54,135 nucleotides of DNA from an uncultured Eubacteriales bacterium (GTDB lineage Bacteria > Bacillota > Clostridia > TANB77 > CAG-508). Made by a program: the position numbers and the translations under genes. The number at the start of each line of letters is the position of its first letter. Position 1 is the stretch's first letter. Positions 17,010 to 27,723 of the stretch are shown here, one piece after another. The stretch covers positions 1-54,135 of the forward strand of contig CASEIX010000038.1 in assembly GCA_949288095.1 (NCBI GenBank). The letters run 5' to 3'. The notes beneath the pieces are model-generated. The model was not told the DNA's origin. It made no database searches and worked only from the letters and a program-made list of their open reading frames with translations.

Positions 17010-17699
17010 ATGAACATTTTAGTATTAGATGATGAAAAAGAAATTGCAGATTTAGTAGAATTATATCTGCAAAATGAAAATTATCAGATATATAAATTTT
17101 ATACATCAGAAGAAGCAATCAATTGTATTGATACAAAGAAAATAGATGTTGCTATTTTAGATGTGATGATTGAAGGAAAAGATGGATTTGAAATTTGTAG
17201 GTATATTCGTGAAAAAGGACTTAAATTTCCTGTCATTATGCTAACTGCTAAAATAGAAGACAATGATAAGATAAAAGGATTAACGTTGGGAGCAGATGAC
17301 TATATTACCAAACCCTTTAATCCGTTAGAGTTGGTGGCAAGAGTAAAATCAGCATTAAGAAGATATACATTATACAATGGAGAAAATATATCAAATAATA
17401 TAATCGAAATCAATGGTTTAGTGATAGATAAAGATAAACACAAATGCTCACTATATGAAAAAGAAATTGATTTCACACCAATGGAATTTGAAATATTGCT
17501 ATACTTAGCAGAAAACAGAGGAAAAGTGATTCCTTCAGAAGAGTTATTTGAAAAGGTATGGAAAGAAAAATATTTAGACAGTAATAATACAGTTATGGTG
17601 CATATTAGAAGGATAAGGGAAAAACTAAATGAAGATACCAAACATCCAAAATTTATAAAAACGGTATGGGGAGTGGGATATAAAATTGAAAATGAATGA
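17010..17699 (+). CDS. OmpR-family response regulator, VanR-like
   Basis: ILVLDDEKEIADLVELYL, ILDVM, GADDYITKPFNPLELVARVK, NNTVMVHIR, TVWGVGYKIE. Confidence 0.92.
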   Translation: MNILVLDDEKEIADLVELYLQNENYQIYKFYTSEEAINCIDTKKIDVAILDVMIEGKDGFEICRYIREKGLKFPVIMLTAKIEDNDKIKGLTLGADDYITKPFNPLELVARVKSALRRYTLYNGENISNNIIEINGLVIDKDKHKCSLYEKEIDFTPMEFEILLYLAENRGKVIPSEELFEKVWKEKYLDSNNTVMVHIRRIREKLNEDTKHPKFIKTVWGVGYKIENE

Positions 17700-18765
17700 T
17701 TTAACCAAAAGGAAAATTAGATTAAGCATAACATTAATCACAAATTTAATTGTTGCATATATTATTTCTATGATTGTCTATTTTATTGCTACTTTATTTT
17801 TAGAAAGTGGAATATCTGTTGTAGTAGAGAGCTTAAATTATGAAGTATATTACTGGATTGTGAATAACAGAAATATAATCACATATGTATACATTGGTAT
17901 TGTTATGATTATTGTTATCTATCGATTTATATCAAAATATGTAAATAGTATGCAAGAAGTACATAATGCTTTAGATTTGATATTAAAAGAGGATAATGAA
18001 ACCATTAAATTACCAAGTGAGATGAGCCAATTTTCTGATAAAATCAATGAAATTAAATATGATTACATACTAAGCAAAAAAAATGAAAGAGAAGCAGAAC
18101 AAAAGAAAAATGATTTAATTGTATATATGGCACATGATTTAAAAACACCACTAACTTCTATTATTGGATATTTAACCTTATTAAAAGATGAAAAACAAAT
18201 ATCGAAAGAGTTGCAAGAAAAGTATATCAAAATTGCATTAGACAAAGCCTTAAGAGTAGAAGATTTAACCAATCAATTTTTTGATATTACAAGATATAAT
18301 TTACAAAAAATGCCGATAAATAAACAAGAAATGAATTTAGTATATCTACTAAAACAAGTTATTGATGAATGTTATCCTATGCTTGAAAAAAGAAACCTAA
18401 AATGTCATTTAGAATCTGTTGATAAAGTAATGTATGTCGGTGATGGAGATAAATTAGCAAGGGCATTTGATAATTTATTAAAAAATGCCATTAATTATAG
18501 TTATGAAAATACTACAATAGAAATACAGTTAGAAGAAAAAGAAGGGAAAATATCCATTGTATTTAGGAATAAAGGAGATAAGATTCCACCATATAAATTG
18601 GATAAACTATTTGAAAAGTTTTATAGAGGAGATGATGCAAGAACTAGTAGTACAGGTGGAGCAGGATTAGGACTTGCCATAACCAAACAAATTATAGAGT
18701 TGCATCAAGGTAAGATTTATGTTAAAAATGATAATGAATATATAGAATTTTTTATAGAATTATAA
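17686..18765 (+). CDS. Sensor histidine kinase, VanS-like
   Basis: Two TM helices, AHDLKTPLTSIIGYL, NLLKNA, FYRGD, GGAGLGLAI. Confidence 0.92.
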   Translation: MKMNDLTKRKIRLSITLITNLIVAYIISMIVYFIATLFLESGISVVVESLNYEVYYWIVNNRNIITYVYIGIVMIIVIYRFISKYVNSMQEVHNALDLILKEDNETIKLPSEMSQFSDKINEIKYDYILSKKNEREAEQKKNDLIVYMAHDLKTPLTSIIGYLTLLKDEKQISKELQEKYIKIALDKALRVEDLTNQFFDITRYNLQKMPINKQEMNLVYLLKQVIDECYPMLEKRNLKCHLESVDKVMYVGDGDKLARAFDNLLKNAINYSYENTTIEIQLEEKEGKISIVFRNKGDKIPPYKLDKLFEKFYRGDDARTSSTGGAGLGLAITKQIIELHQGKIYVKNDNEYIEFFIEL

Positions 18766-18790
18766 AACAATAAAAAATAGGAGGTAAACT

Positions 18791-19333
18791 ATGGGAAAAG
18801 TATTAAAAGTAAGAGAGGTAGGAGATCCTATTTTAATAACAAAGTGCGAAGAAGTAGATACACAACATATAGATAAATCCATAATAGAAGTTATAGAAGA
18901 TATGAAAGAAACTTTGAATTTTACAGGAGGATTTGGAATAGCAGCCCCACAAATAGGTGTGAATAAAAGAATTATTGTTATACAAGTGGAAAAAGATAAG
19001 TGTACCTATCAAGATTGTGAAGATATCTCAACAACAATTATGATAAATCCAGTTTGGAGAAATCTATCAGAGGAAACTTATGTAGAATATGAAGGTTGTC
19101 TAAGTGTGCCATCTATTAGAGGAAAAGTAGAAAGATATCATGACATAGAAGTTACTTATTATAATGAACAGGGAGAAAAAATAACAAAGCAAACTCATGG
19201 ATTTATAGCAAGAGATATTCAACATGAATGTGACCATTTAGATGGGATTGTGTTTTTAGAAAAAGTAAATATGCATAATGGATTTGCAACAAAAGAAATG
19301 ATAAATAAATATAATTTAAAGGAAGAATTATAG
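18791..19333 (+). CDS. def: Peptide deformylase
   Basis: GIAAPQIG, EGCLS, QHECDHLDG. Confidence 0.95.
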   Translation: MGKVLKVREVGDPILITKCEEVDTQHIDKSIIEVIEDMKETLNFTGGFGIAAPQIGVNKRIIVIQVEKDKCTYQDCEDISTTIMINPVWRNLSEETYVEYEGCLSVPSIRGKVERYHDIEVTYYNEQGEKITKQTHGFIARDIQHECDHLDGIVFLEKVNMHNGFATKEMINKYNLKEEL

Positions 19334-19409
19334 GATATAATATTGTTTTGTATTACATAAGAAAAAATATAAAAAGAAATAAAGTATATAGCAAAATGCA
19401 TATATACTT

Positions 19410-19952
19410 TTATTTTTTATCTAAAATATGTATTAAATTTTCTTGGTGATCAAACATGGTTTTTATTTCTTTTGAATCTGCATTGGCATGAATAGTATCA
19501 TATTGTAATAAGACTAAATGTTTCATACTTTTTATTTTATGTCTGTCGCAGAAATTCTTAATTTCATCAATTAACAATTCTTCTTTATTTTGATATTCAA
19601 AAATTCCTTTACTTTGATAAGAAGCATGTTCAAATTTATAATACATATGGTTATATTCATAAAGAAGAAAGGCATGACACATATGATGGTTATAAATTGC
19701 ATAACATTCATTTTTAAAATTTTGAGAGTCAAAAAATAATTTTTCTAAAGCAACTTGTTCAAAGCAAATTCCAATGCCATATTCAAAAACTTCATTTAAA
19801 CTAGCCATTCTGTATTTTTCTAATAGATTACCAATATTAGAATATCGAATGATATTATCTTTTCCTATCCAGCCATATTGAATATATTTATCCATAAAAT
19901 CCAATAATTCTTCAGGTGTTTTTAAAGTATAAAATAAATCTTTTAAATTCAT
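19410..19952 (-). CDS. Hypothetical protein, possible transglutaminase-like Cys-His-acid triad
   Basis: GICFEQ, HAFL, FEH. Confidence 0.5.
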   Translation of the reverse strand: MNLKDLFYTLKTPEELLDFMDKYIQYGWIGKDNIIRYSNIGNLLEKYRMASLNEVFEYGIGICFEQVALEKLFFDSQNFKNECYAIYNHHMCHAFLLYEYNHMYYKFEHASYQSKGIFEYQNKEELLIDEIKNFCDRHKIKSMKHLVLLQYDTIHANADSKEIKTMFDHQENLIHILDKK

Positions 19953-20024
19953 GATTTGTCTCCATATATTTTTTATTTATTATAACATATAAAACAAGAT
20001 TAGAAAAAATATTTAAAGAAAGTA

Positions 20025-20053
20025 TTGACAAAATGAATAAAAACCATTATAAT
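20025..20053 (+). promoter_or_regulatory. Consensus sigmaA promoter of tRNA-Gly
   Basis: TTGACA-17-TATAAT. Confidence 0.85.
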
Positions 20054-20073
20054 TTATAAATGTCAAGAGTAAT

Positions 20074-20147
<74 letters not shown>

Positions 20148-20229
20148 TTTGAAAATAACTTACGGACTAATTAAAGTTCGTAAGTTTTATTTTTATATAA
20201 ATAAGTAGTTATATAAGGAGATAGAATTA

Positions 20230-20778
20230 ATGGATTATAAGAAAAATATGGATAAAATTATAGAATTTTCAACAAAGTTTTATAATAGTTTAGATTTTGC
20301 ACATAATATGGAACATGGAAAAAGAGTAGTAAAAAATGCAAAAGAAATTGCTAAAATGGAAGGTGGAGATATGTTTCTAGTAGAAGCTGGAGCATGGTTA
20401 CATCAATTCCATGATAAAATAGAAGAAGTAAACGGTTTTATAAAATCTTTAGATATGAACGATGAAATAAAAAACAAATTATATAAAATTGTTAAATGCA
20501 GGCCTGAATATATTGATGAAACATCCTTATTAGAAAGTAAAATAGTATATGATGCAGATGCAATTGAAGTACTTAGTGCTTATGGAATGATAAGAGAAAT
20601 AATTTGTAATGCAAAATGTAGAAATAAAGAATGGGAAAAATCAGTTGAAGATACGATTATGGTTCAACAAAGATTTAAAGAAAAATTACAAACTAAAACA
20701 GCCAAAAAAATGCTAGAAAAAGATTTTGAAGTAATAGAAGAATTTTGGAATTTATATAAAAAATGGTCAAATAATTAA
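20230..20778 (+). CDS. HD-domain metal-dependent phosphohydrolase-like protein
   Basis: AHNMEHGKRV, AWLHQFHD, VYDADAIE. Confidence 0.75.
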   Translation: MDYKKNMDKIIEFSTKFYNSLDFAHNMEHGKRVVKNAKEIAKMEGGDMFLVEAGAWLHQFHDKIEEVNGFIKSLDMNDEIKNKLYKIVKCRPEYIDETSLLESKIVYDADAIEVLSAYGMIREIICNAKCRNKEWEKSVEDTIMVQQRFKEKLQTKTAKKMLEKDFEVIEEFWNLYKKWSNN

Positions 20779-21054
20779 ATATGTTAACCTTATGGGTGAA
20801 GGAACCTAGAAAATTTTGAAATTTTTATTATTTTTAAAATTATAGATATCAATAAAAGTAAAAAGAGTTTGAATTGAGAAATTTTTGAATTAATGTAAAA
20901 ATTGACTATTGACTTAAAAAGTGGTAAAATAGAAGTGATATGGGAAAGTAACCCGTGTCGTTAACCCTATTCACTAAATGGTGATGAGGTCAACCTCTTC
21001 CTTTTAGTTTTACATATAGTATTTTATTCATCAAATTCAAGGAGGAAAAAAACG

Positions 21055-21528
21055 ATGACTAAAAAAATTAAGGCAACAGTAACAATGTGCATTTGTATCA
21101 GTATTATGCTTGCAATTACTGCATGTGGTAGATCAAATGCAGCAGAGGTACCTCTTACCTATGCAGAAACGGACGGAGATTTGTATGACTCTAATGTCAT
21201 TGAGACTGAAGAGGGAGTGACTATTCTTTGTACATCCAACTATGTGTTGGGACCGGAAGTTAGCGGGCAGTTTCTGTTTATGCTTAGCGACTGGTCAGAA
21301 GGATATCTGGAAGATAACTATGATTGGAGAGTGAAGTTTGTATCAAATGGTCATATTTATCAGAAGGATTTTTATGATTATGATGGAAATATCATTGCTA
21401 CAGAAGAATGCAATGGTATTGTAACTGTTGACCAGGAGTATGAAGGTACGTATATCGACAAAATCGTTCTTCATATTGAATATGAGGACAAGATGTTTAC
21501 TGCCGAATTCGTGAGAAATGGCAGATGA
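21055..21528 (+). CDS. Lipoprotein of unknown function, higher GC than its flanks
   Basis: Lipobox LAITAC; AAGGAGG RBS; downstream terminator near 21541-21584. Confidence 0.75.
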   Translation: MTKKIKATVTMCICISIMLAITACGRSNAAEVPLTYAETDGDLYDSNVIETEEGVTILCTSNYVLGPEVSGQFLFMLSDWSEGYLEDNYDWRVKFVSNGHIYQKDFYDYDGNIIATEECNGIVTVDQEYEGTYIDKIVLHIEYEDKMFTAEFVRNGR

Positions 21529-22054
21529 AATGTAAGAGGTAGAGCATAGGCTGGATTAGTGATAATCCGGCTCATGCTATTTTTACTAGAATATTATGAT
21601 AGAAATAATGAAAATATTTCTAAGAAAGATGAAATGTTATTAACAAAAAGTATTACTGAAAAAAAATCAAATTACAGAAACAGTACAAATAGATAATATA
21701 TATAGAGTTAAAGAGATGATTAGATGGACTAATATTATAAGAATGAAAAAAAGTTAGTGTATTAAGATTGAATTTTAGTGGTGCTATTGGTAAAGCCGAT
21801 GGAAAATATTTGAGTATGAAAAATAGAAATAGAGTTCTCTGAATAGAACATTGAATTTATAGTATCATAAGTATTAGAAAGTAATTCATAGAGATTGATG
21901 TAGGAGGAACGAAAGTTCCAGTTAATTTGCTATGGAAGGCAACTAGTTAGAAATAATTAGTTGCCAGTTTTTTTATATTATTTTAAAAGATTGAAGAAGA
22001 AATGGAAGTTCGTATAGAAAAGTTTATATACAAATTTATTTCAAATTATTACAA

Positions 22055-22492
22055 TCACTTATTTTTTAACTTAATTAATTTAGCGATATTTAAAATAGAT
22101 GGAATGGTAATTATTATTAATGCAACAATTAAAATTAAATCAAAATCTAAATTTGATACTCCATATTTGATTTCGTATTTATAATCAGAGATTATACTTG
22201 GAATGATGCATCCTATAATACAAATCTTAATTACACTATTCATACAGGAATATATGAATCCTCTTTTAATTTTGCCAACTGTTATTAAAAAATCAAATAC
22301 TATTACAATTAAAGTAATAATTGAGGGTAATATAAAGATAACTCCTAATTGTCCCCAACCATCTGCACCTATACTTTGTAAACTCATTAATAAACCATAT
22401 GATGATAAAATTAATCCTATTATACTACAAATAATTGATATTACTTCTTGTATTTTAAATTGTTTCATATACTTTCCTCTTCTCTTATTCAA
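22055..22492 (-). CDS. Four-TM membrane protein
   Basis: Four hydrophobic segments; likely start at the second Met after GAGGAA. Confidence 0.65.
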   Translation of the reverse strand: MNKRRGKYMKQFKIQEVISIICSIIGLILSSYGLLMSLQSIGADGWGQLGVIFILPSIITLIVIVFDFLITVGKIKRGFIYSCMNSVIKICIIGCIIPSIISDYKYEIKYGVSNLDFDLILIVALIIITIPSILNIAKLIKLKNK

Positions 22493-22818
22493 TGCAATAA
22501 TTGAATCATTTTTTGGTAAAAAGATATTAACTTCTCGCAGTAATTTTATATTAAGATTATATTATAAGAGTCAAAAAAAATCCATATAGCTATTGAAATA
22601 ATATTTAATTTTAACATAAATATTATTGGATTTTTATAAATCTATTGGAATTCAATAATAAAAAATCTATTAAATAAAAATATTGAAAAAATTCATGAAT
22701 ATGATATAATAACAAAGACTGAGCTAGTAAGAATATCTTTATAGCAAAGTATTTATAAATTTCTAATACTAAAATGTTATTGAAGTAGAAGTATGAATAT
22801 CATATTTAGGAGGAAATC

Positions 22819-23064
22819 ATGGATACAAGGGTTGCCATAATAGGAATAATATTAGAAAAAAAGGACGAAGTGGATAAACTAAACTCTATTTTACATGACT
22901 ATTCAAAATGGATTATAGGAAGAATGGGTATGCCATATCCTAAAAAATCTATCAATATTATTAATATTATCGTAGATGCACCACAAGATGAAATAAACAC
23001 TTTATCAGGAAAAATAGGCAAACTTTCTGGAATTACAAGTAAAGTGATTTATTCCAATGTATAG
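22819..23064 (+). CDS. TM1266-family (iron-only hydrogenase system) ACT/NikR-C-like small regulator
   Basis: MDTRVAIIGII, LNSILHDY, IIGRMGMPY, INTLSGKIGKL. Confidence 0.85.
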   Translation: MDTRVAIIGIILEKKDEVDKLNSILHDYSKWIIGRMGMPYPKKSINIINIIVDAPQDEINTLSGKIGKLSGITSKVIYSNV

Positions 23065-23117
23065 TAAAGATATATTCTTATTTTAAAGCTCTATTTCTAT
23101 AAAAGGAGGAGTTTAAA

Positions 23118-23726
23118 ATGGAGAATGAAAGTGTTATTAATAAAAGAATAACCGATTTTTCAAAAGGTGCTGATATAGCACAAACAATCATTATATTTTT
23201 AATTGCCCTATTAGTTCCAACATTCTTAGGACAGCTTATTACAAGTCTATTTGGATCAACAAGTGTGATAGCAACTAACTCTCAATTAATTGTTGGAACA
23301 ATTGTCAATATGGCTTTAGTCACAACAGCTATTAATTTAAAAGGTTGGGCTAAAATTCTTGGAGTTGTAACAATGCCAAGTATTTCTACAATATTAAGTG
23401 GATATGTATTTGGAACAGCTTCTACATATATGGTATATATGATACCAGCAATATGGGTAGGAAATTTTGCATTAGTATATGCCTACAAATTTATCATGTT
23501 AGGAAAAAATAAACATTATTTCTTAGCTGGAGTAGTAGGTGTGGTTGTAAAAGTAGCTATTATATTTGCTTTCTTTGGAATTTTAAATGCTTTTGGTGTT
23601 TTCCCAGAGAAATTAGTTTCCAATTTACAAACAGCTATGAGTACAACACAATTAATTACAGCTACATTAGGCGTTGTTTTATCTTATATCATTTATAAAT
23701 TAGAAAAGAAATCAGTGAAAGAATAA
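23118..23726 (+). CDS. Membrane protein, ECF-transporter S-component-like
   Basis: About six TM helices; QLIVGTIVNMAL, MIPAIWVGN, QLITA motifs. Confidence 0.65.
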   Translation: MENESVINKRITDFSKGADIAQTIIIFLIALLVPTFLGQLITSLFGSTSVIATNSQLIVGTIVNMALVTTAINLKGWAKILGVVTMPSISTILSGYVFGTASTYMVYMIPAIWVGNFALVYAYKFIMLGKNKHYFLAGVVGVVVKVAIIFAFFGILNAFGVFPEKLVSNLQTAMSTTQLITATLGVVLSYIIYKLEKKSVKE

Positions 23727-24043
23727 ATAGAAATAATAAATGTGAACTTAAAAAATAGTGAAATGAACCTAAATGAATTAGACAAAAAGTTTAATTATAA
23801 GGGTTCATTTTTTTATTGGATAGAATAAAAAAGAACTAGATTACTGTTATAGGAGAAATCTAGTTCATAAACAAAAAATAATTAATAAATCGATATATAA
23901 ATATATGATTTATTACTGGTATTTTAGCAAATAAAAGAAAACAAGTCAATAAAAAAACACAAAAAACAACAAATTTCTATAAAATGTTACAAAAGAAATT
24001 GATAAAGAAATTTGTTAGAAAAAATTTATCTAAAAACATAAAT

Positions 24044-25540
24044 TTATTGATAAATTTCTAAATCTTTAAAGGCTGGCCCATATAGATTTTTACCCATGGC
24101 ATCATAGCGAGAACCATGGCAAGGACAATCCCAAGTTTTATCAATGTCATTCCAGGTAAGGAGACATCCCAGATGTGTACAAATGGGATTAATTGCATGA
24201 ATTTGATTTTCTTTATCTCTGTAAATTCCAACCTTTTTTCCATCTAGCTCAATAATATCTCCTGAATTTGGTTTAATTTTTTCTAAAGAAGCATCTGAAG
24301 ATTTTAATTTATTTAGCAATAAAGAATTTGTAGAATCAACAATCATATTTTTCACTTCGTCAAAATTTTTAAACAAACCAAATCTTGTAGAATCAAACAA
24401 ATAAGCATATGGATTTTTTCTTTCGCAAATTTCATCAACAATTAAATTAGCAGCAACATTAGAAAGTGTCATACCCCATTTTTTAAACCCTGTTCCTACA
24501 TATACATTTGGTAATAAATTTGAATATTTGCCGATATAGGGAAGTTTATCTAAAGAAATACAATCTTCACTACTCCACTCATATAAAACATCACAATCTG
24601 GGTAGTATTGTTTAGCAAAATTTTTCAAGGTATCATAAGGATTTTCAAGAGAATAATTATGACCAGTTTTACTATTACCACTTGCTAATAATAGAATATC
24701 TTTTCCATTAAATTTGGCTGTTCTAAAAGAGTAAATAGGAGAAGAAACATTAATATACATATCATTTAATGCTTCTTTTTTGGTATCTAAGGCAACAATA
24801 TAAGAAGTAGATTGATACAATTTAGAAAAATAAAAACCAGGAACATTCATAAAAGGATAACGTGTTGCCATAATAACATGTTTTGCTTTTATCATTTTGC
24901 CATTATCTGTATAAACTACATAATTTTTCTTATCTTTTTCGATATCAACAGCAATTGTATTTGTATAAATTTGTCCATTTTTTTCAATAATTGTATTGGA
25001 TAATCCTAAAACATATTTTAAAGGATTAAATTTAGCTTGATTTTTAAAACATAAAGCACTTTCAACTTCAAATGGTAAAGAAACATTTTTGGTTAACTCT
25101 GCATGATAATCTAAACTTTCTAACACCTTTTGCTCTTTTTTTAATAAATCAACTTCTTCTTTTTTTGTCGTATATACATAACTATCTTGTATTTCGAAAT
25201 CACAATCAATTTGTTCTTTATTGATAATACTTTCCATATTTTTAATAGCTTTTTCATTAACTTCTAAATAATCTTTAGCAAAATGCATATCATAAGAAAT
25301 GTTCAGATAAGAATAAAATAGACCATGTTGACTAGTAATTTTACCAGTTGTAAAACTAGTTGTACCTGCTAAATTATTTTTATCAATTAAAATAACTTTA
25401 AAACCTAAGTGACTTAGATAATACCCGCAAGTCATTCCAAAAATACCTGCTCCAATAATACAAATATCAGCTTCTAAGTTTTTATCTAATGATTCGAATT
25501 TTGAAGTTTCTTTTACAGAATCTATCCATAAAGAATTCAT
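24044..25540 (-). CDS. FAD-dependent oxidoreductase with C-terminal Rieske 2Fe-2S domain (YhfW-like)
   Basis: IIGAGIFG, TTGKITSQHG, GFKKWGMT, CTHLGC and WDCPCHGS. Confidence 0.92.
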   Translation of the reverse strand: MNSLWIDSVKETSKFESLDKNLEADICIIGAGIFGMTCGYYLSHLGFKVILIDKNNLAGTTSFTTGKITSQHGLFYSYLNISYDMHFAKDYLEVNEKAIKNMESIINKEQIDCDFEIQDSYVYTTKKEEVDLLKKEQKVLESLDYHAELTKNVSLPFEVESALCFKNQAKFNPLKYVLGLSNTIIEKNGQIYTNTIAVDIEKDKKNYVVYTDNGKMIKAKHVIMATRYPFMNVPGFYFSKLYQSTSYIVALDTKKEALNDMYINVSSPIYSFRTAKFNGKDILLLASGNSKTGHNYSLENPYDTLKNFAKQYYPDCDVLYEWSSEDCISLDKLPYIGKYSNLLPNVYVGTGFKKWGMTLSNVAANLIVDEICERKNPYAYLFDSTRFGLFKNFDEVKNMIVDSTNSLLLNKLKSSDASLEKIKPNSGDIIELDGKKVGIYRDKENQIHAINPICTHLGCLLTWNDIDKTWDCPCHGSRYDAMGKNLYGPAFKDLEIYQ

Positions 25541-25676
25541 AAAATTTCACCCTTTCGTAATAATCTTTACAAATAGTATAACCAGATTTTTGGAATAAAT
25601 TATAAAAATAGTGGAAAAATGAATAATATAATGATATACTGTGAAACAGAAAAAAGAATATATAGGAGGGATAAAG

Positions 25677-27071
25677 ATGAGTGAAGAACTAAGGGAAAAA
25701 CTTTTTGATAAAAAGGAAAATGGATGGATTTCACTAAATGAAGAAGAAAAACAAAATATTTTTGATTTTTCAAAAGGATATATGAATTTTTTAAATCAAG
25801 CTAAAACAGAAAGAGAATTTATAAAAATGGCAAGAAAACTTGCTGACCAAAATGGATTTAGAGATATCATGGAGTTTGATGCTTTAAAACCAGGAGATAA
25901 AATATATTTTGTGAATAGAAATAAAAGTATGTATTTAGCGATTATCGGAACAGAAAGTATTGAAGAAGGATTACATATTATTGGTTCTCATGTGGATTCA
26001 CCAAGATTAGATTTAAAACCAAATCCTTTATATGAAGATACAGAAATGGCATATTTTAATACCCATTATTATGGAGGAATTAAGAAATATCAATGGACAA
26101 CAATTCCACTTAGTATCCATGGAACAATTGTAAAAGCAAATGGAGAAACAATTGATATTTGCATTGGAGAAGATGAAAATGATCCGATCTTTACTATTAC
26201 AGATTTATTGCCACATCTAGCACAAGACCAAATGGAGAAAAAATTAAAAAATGGAATTGATGGGGAAGACTTAAATCTTTTAATCGGAAGTATTCCTTAT
26301 GGAGAAAAAGGAAAAGATCAAGTAAAATTAAATATTCTAAATATATTAAATCAAAAATATGGTATAACAGAAGCAGATTTAAAAAGCTCAGAAATCGAAT
26401 TGGTACCAGCATTTAAAGCTAGAAGTTTAGGATTTGACGAAAGTATGGTAGCAGCATATGGTCAAGATGATAAAGTATGTGCCTATACATCACTTGTAGC
26501 AATGATGGAATTAGAAAATGTAAAAAATACAGCTGTATGCATATTATCTGATAAAGAAGAAATTGGAAGTATGGGAAATACAGGTATGGAATCACATATG
26601 TTTGATTTCTTTATCTCAGAAATATTAAATAAATTAGGCGTTAACAGACCAAATCTTTTAGATAAAGTATTTTGTTTTTCAAAAATGCTATCTTCAGATG
26701 TAGATGCAGGTTTTGACCCAATTTATGCTTCTGTATCAGACACAACTAATGCAGGATTTTTAGGAAAAGGAATTAGTTTGAATAAATATACAGGTGCTAG
26801 AGGAAAATCAGGAGCTTCTGATGCGAATGCAGAATATGTAGCATGGGTAAGAAATGTATTAGAGAGAAATAGTATTCAATATCAAATTGCAGAACTTGGA
26901 AGAGTAGATATTGGTGGTGGAGGCACAATTGCCTATATCATTGCCAATAAAGGAGCAGATGTTATTGATTGTGGAGTTCCAGTATTATCAATGCATGCAC
27001 CTTATGAAGTAACTAGTAAGTATGATATTTATTCTGCATATAAGACATATAAGGCATTTTGGAATGTATAA
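25677..27071 (+). CDS. M18 family aminopeptidase
   Basis: GSHVDSPRL, HYYGGIKKYQW, DDKVC, DKEEIGS, SMHAP; GGAGG before ATG 25677. Confidence 0.93.
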   Translation: MSEELREKLFDKKENGWISLNEEEKQNIFDFSKGYMNFLNQAKTEREFIKMARKLADQNGFRDIMEFDALKPGDKIYFVNRNKSMYLAIIGTESIEEGLHIIGSHVDSPRLDLKPNPLYEDTEMAYFNTHYYGGIKKYQWTTIPLSIHGTIVKANGETIDICIGEDENDPIFTITDLLPHLAQDQMEKKLKNGIDGEDLNLLIGSIPYGEKGKDQVKLNILNILNQKYGITEADLKSSEIELVPAFKARSLGFDESMVAAYGQDDKVCAYTSLVAMMELENVKNTAVCILSDKEEIGSMGNTGMESHMFDFFISEILNKLGVNRPNLLDKVFCFSKMLSSDVDAGFDPIYASVSDTTNAGFLGKGISLNKYTGARGKSGASDANAEYVAWVRNVLERNSIQYQIAELGRVDIGGGGTIAYIIANKGADVIDCGVPVLSMHAPYEVTSKYDIYSAYKTYKAFWNV

Positions 27072-27080
27072 AAACAAATG

Positions 27081-27114
27081 ACAGCCAATAATCTTTCTAT
27101 AGATTATTGGCTGT
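27081..27114. terminator. Terminator hairpin between convergent genes
   Basis: ACAGCCAATAATCT/AGATTATTGGCTGT perfect 14-bp stem. Confidence 0.8.
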
Positions 27115-27161
27115 TTGCATTAATATCAAAATACAAATTGTGTTATCGATTTTTAAATAAA

Positions 27162-27509
27162 TTAATCTTTATTAAAATTAAGTAATAAATCAATCATATT
27201 ATCAACAAAATTCAGTTTTTCTTCTGAAAGTTGATTTAGTTTTTCAGATATTTCAATTTGTTTCATAATGTCTTTATTTGTCATAAGTTCTTTAAAAATA
27301 GTATTAGGAGTAATACCTAAAATATTCATATAATTAATCAAAGTCTGGGTTTTAATTCCGCTATATCCGTTTTCAATTCTAGATATATATTTTAAAGAGA
27401 TTCCAAGTTTTTCTGCCATAACCTCTTGCGTATAGCCGTTTTTTACTCTAAAATCTTTTAATATTTTTCCGAATGTTTTATCAATATCACTTTTTGAGAT
27501 AGAATTCAT
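27162..27509 (-). CDS. XRE-family HTH regulator
   Basis: YTQEVMAEKLGISLKYISRIENG. Confidence 0.88.
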   Translation of the reverse strand: MNSISKSDIDKTFGKILKDFRVKNGYTQEVMAEKLGISLKYISRIENGYSGIKTQTLINYMNILGITPNTIFKELMTNKDIMKQIEISEKLNQLSEEKLNFVDNMIDLLLNFNKD

Positions 27510-27723
27510 TTTATTCCTCCATAATTCAAAAGTATTATTATAAGTATAACAAGCTGAGAGCTAACATAAAACACAGTAATAATATAAGAAAAAAACAATA
27601 AAAATATTCTAAAAAATGTTAAAAAGCTTGAAAAATAAAATGACTAATGATAATATTGATTTAAACACAATGTATAACTAAAAGTTATACAAGAAAAATC
27701 AATAGATGGAGAAATAATTAGAA

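Noticed and set aside
17010-18765. Vancomycin resistance locus
   Set aside because: Only the regulator and sensor are present; no D-Ala-D-Lac/Ser ligase or accessory van genes
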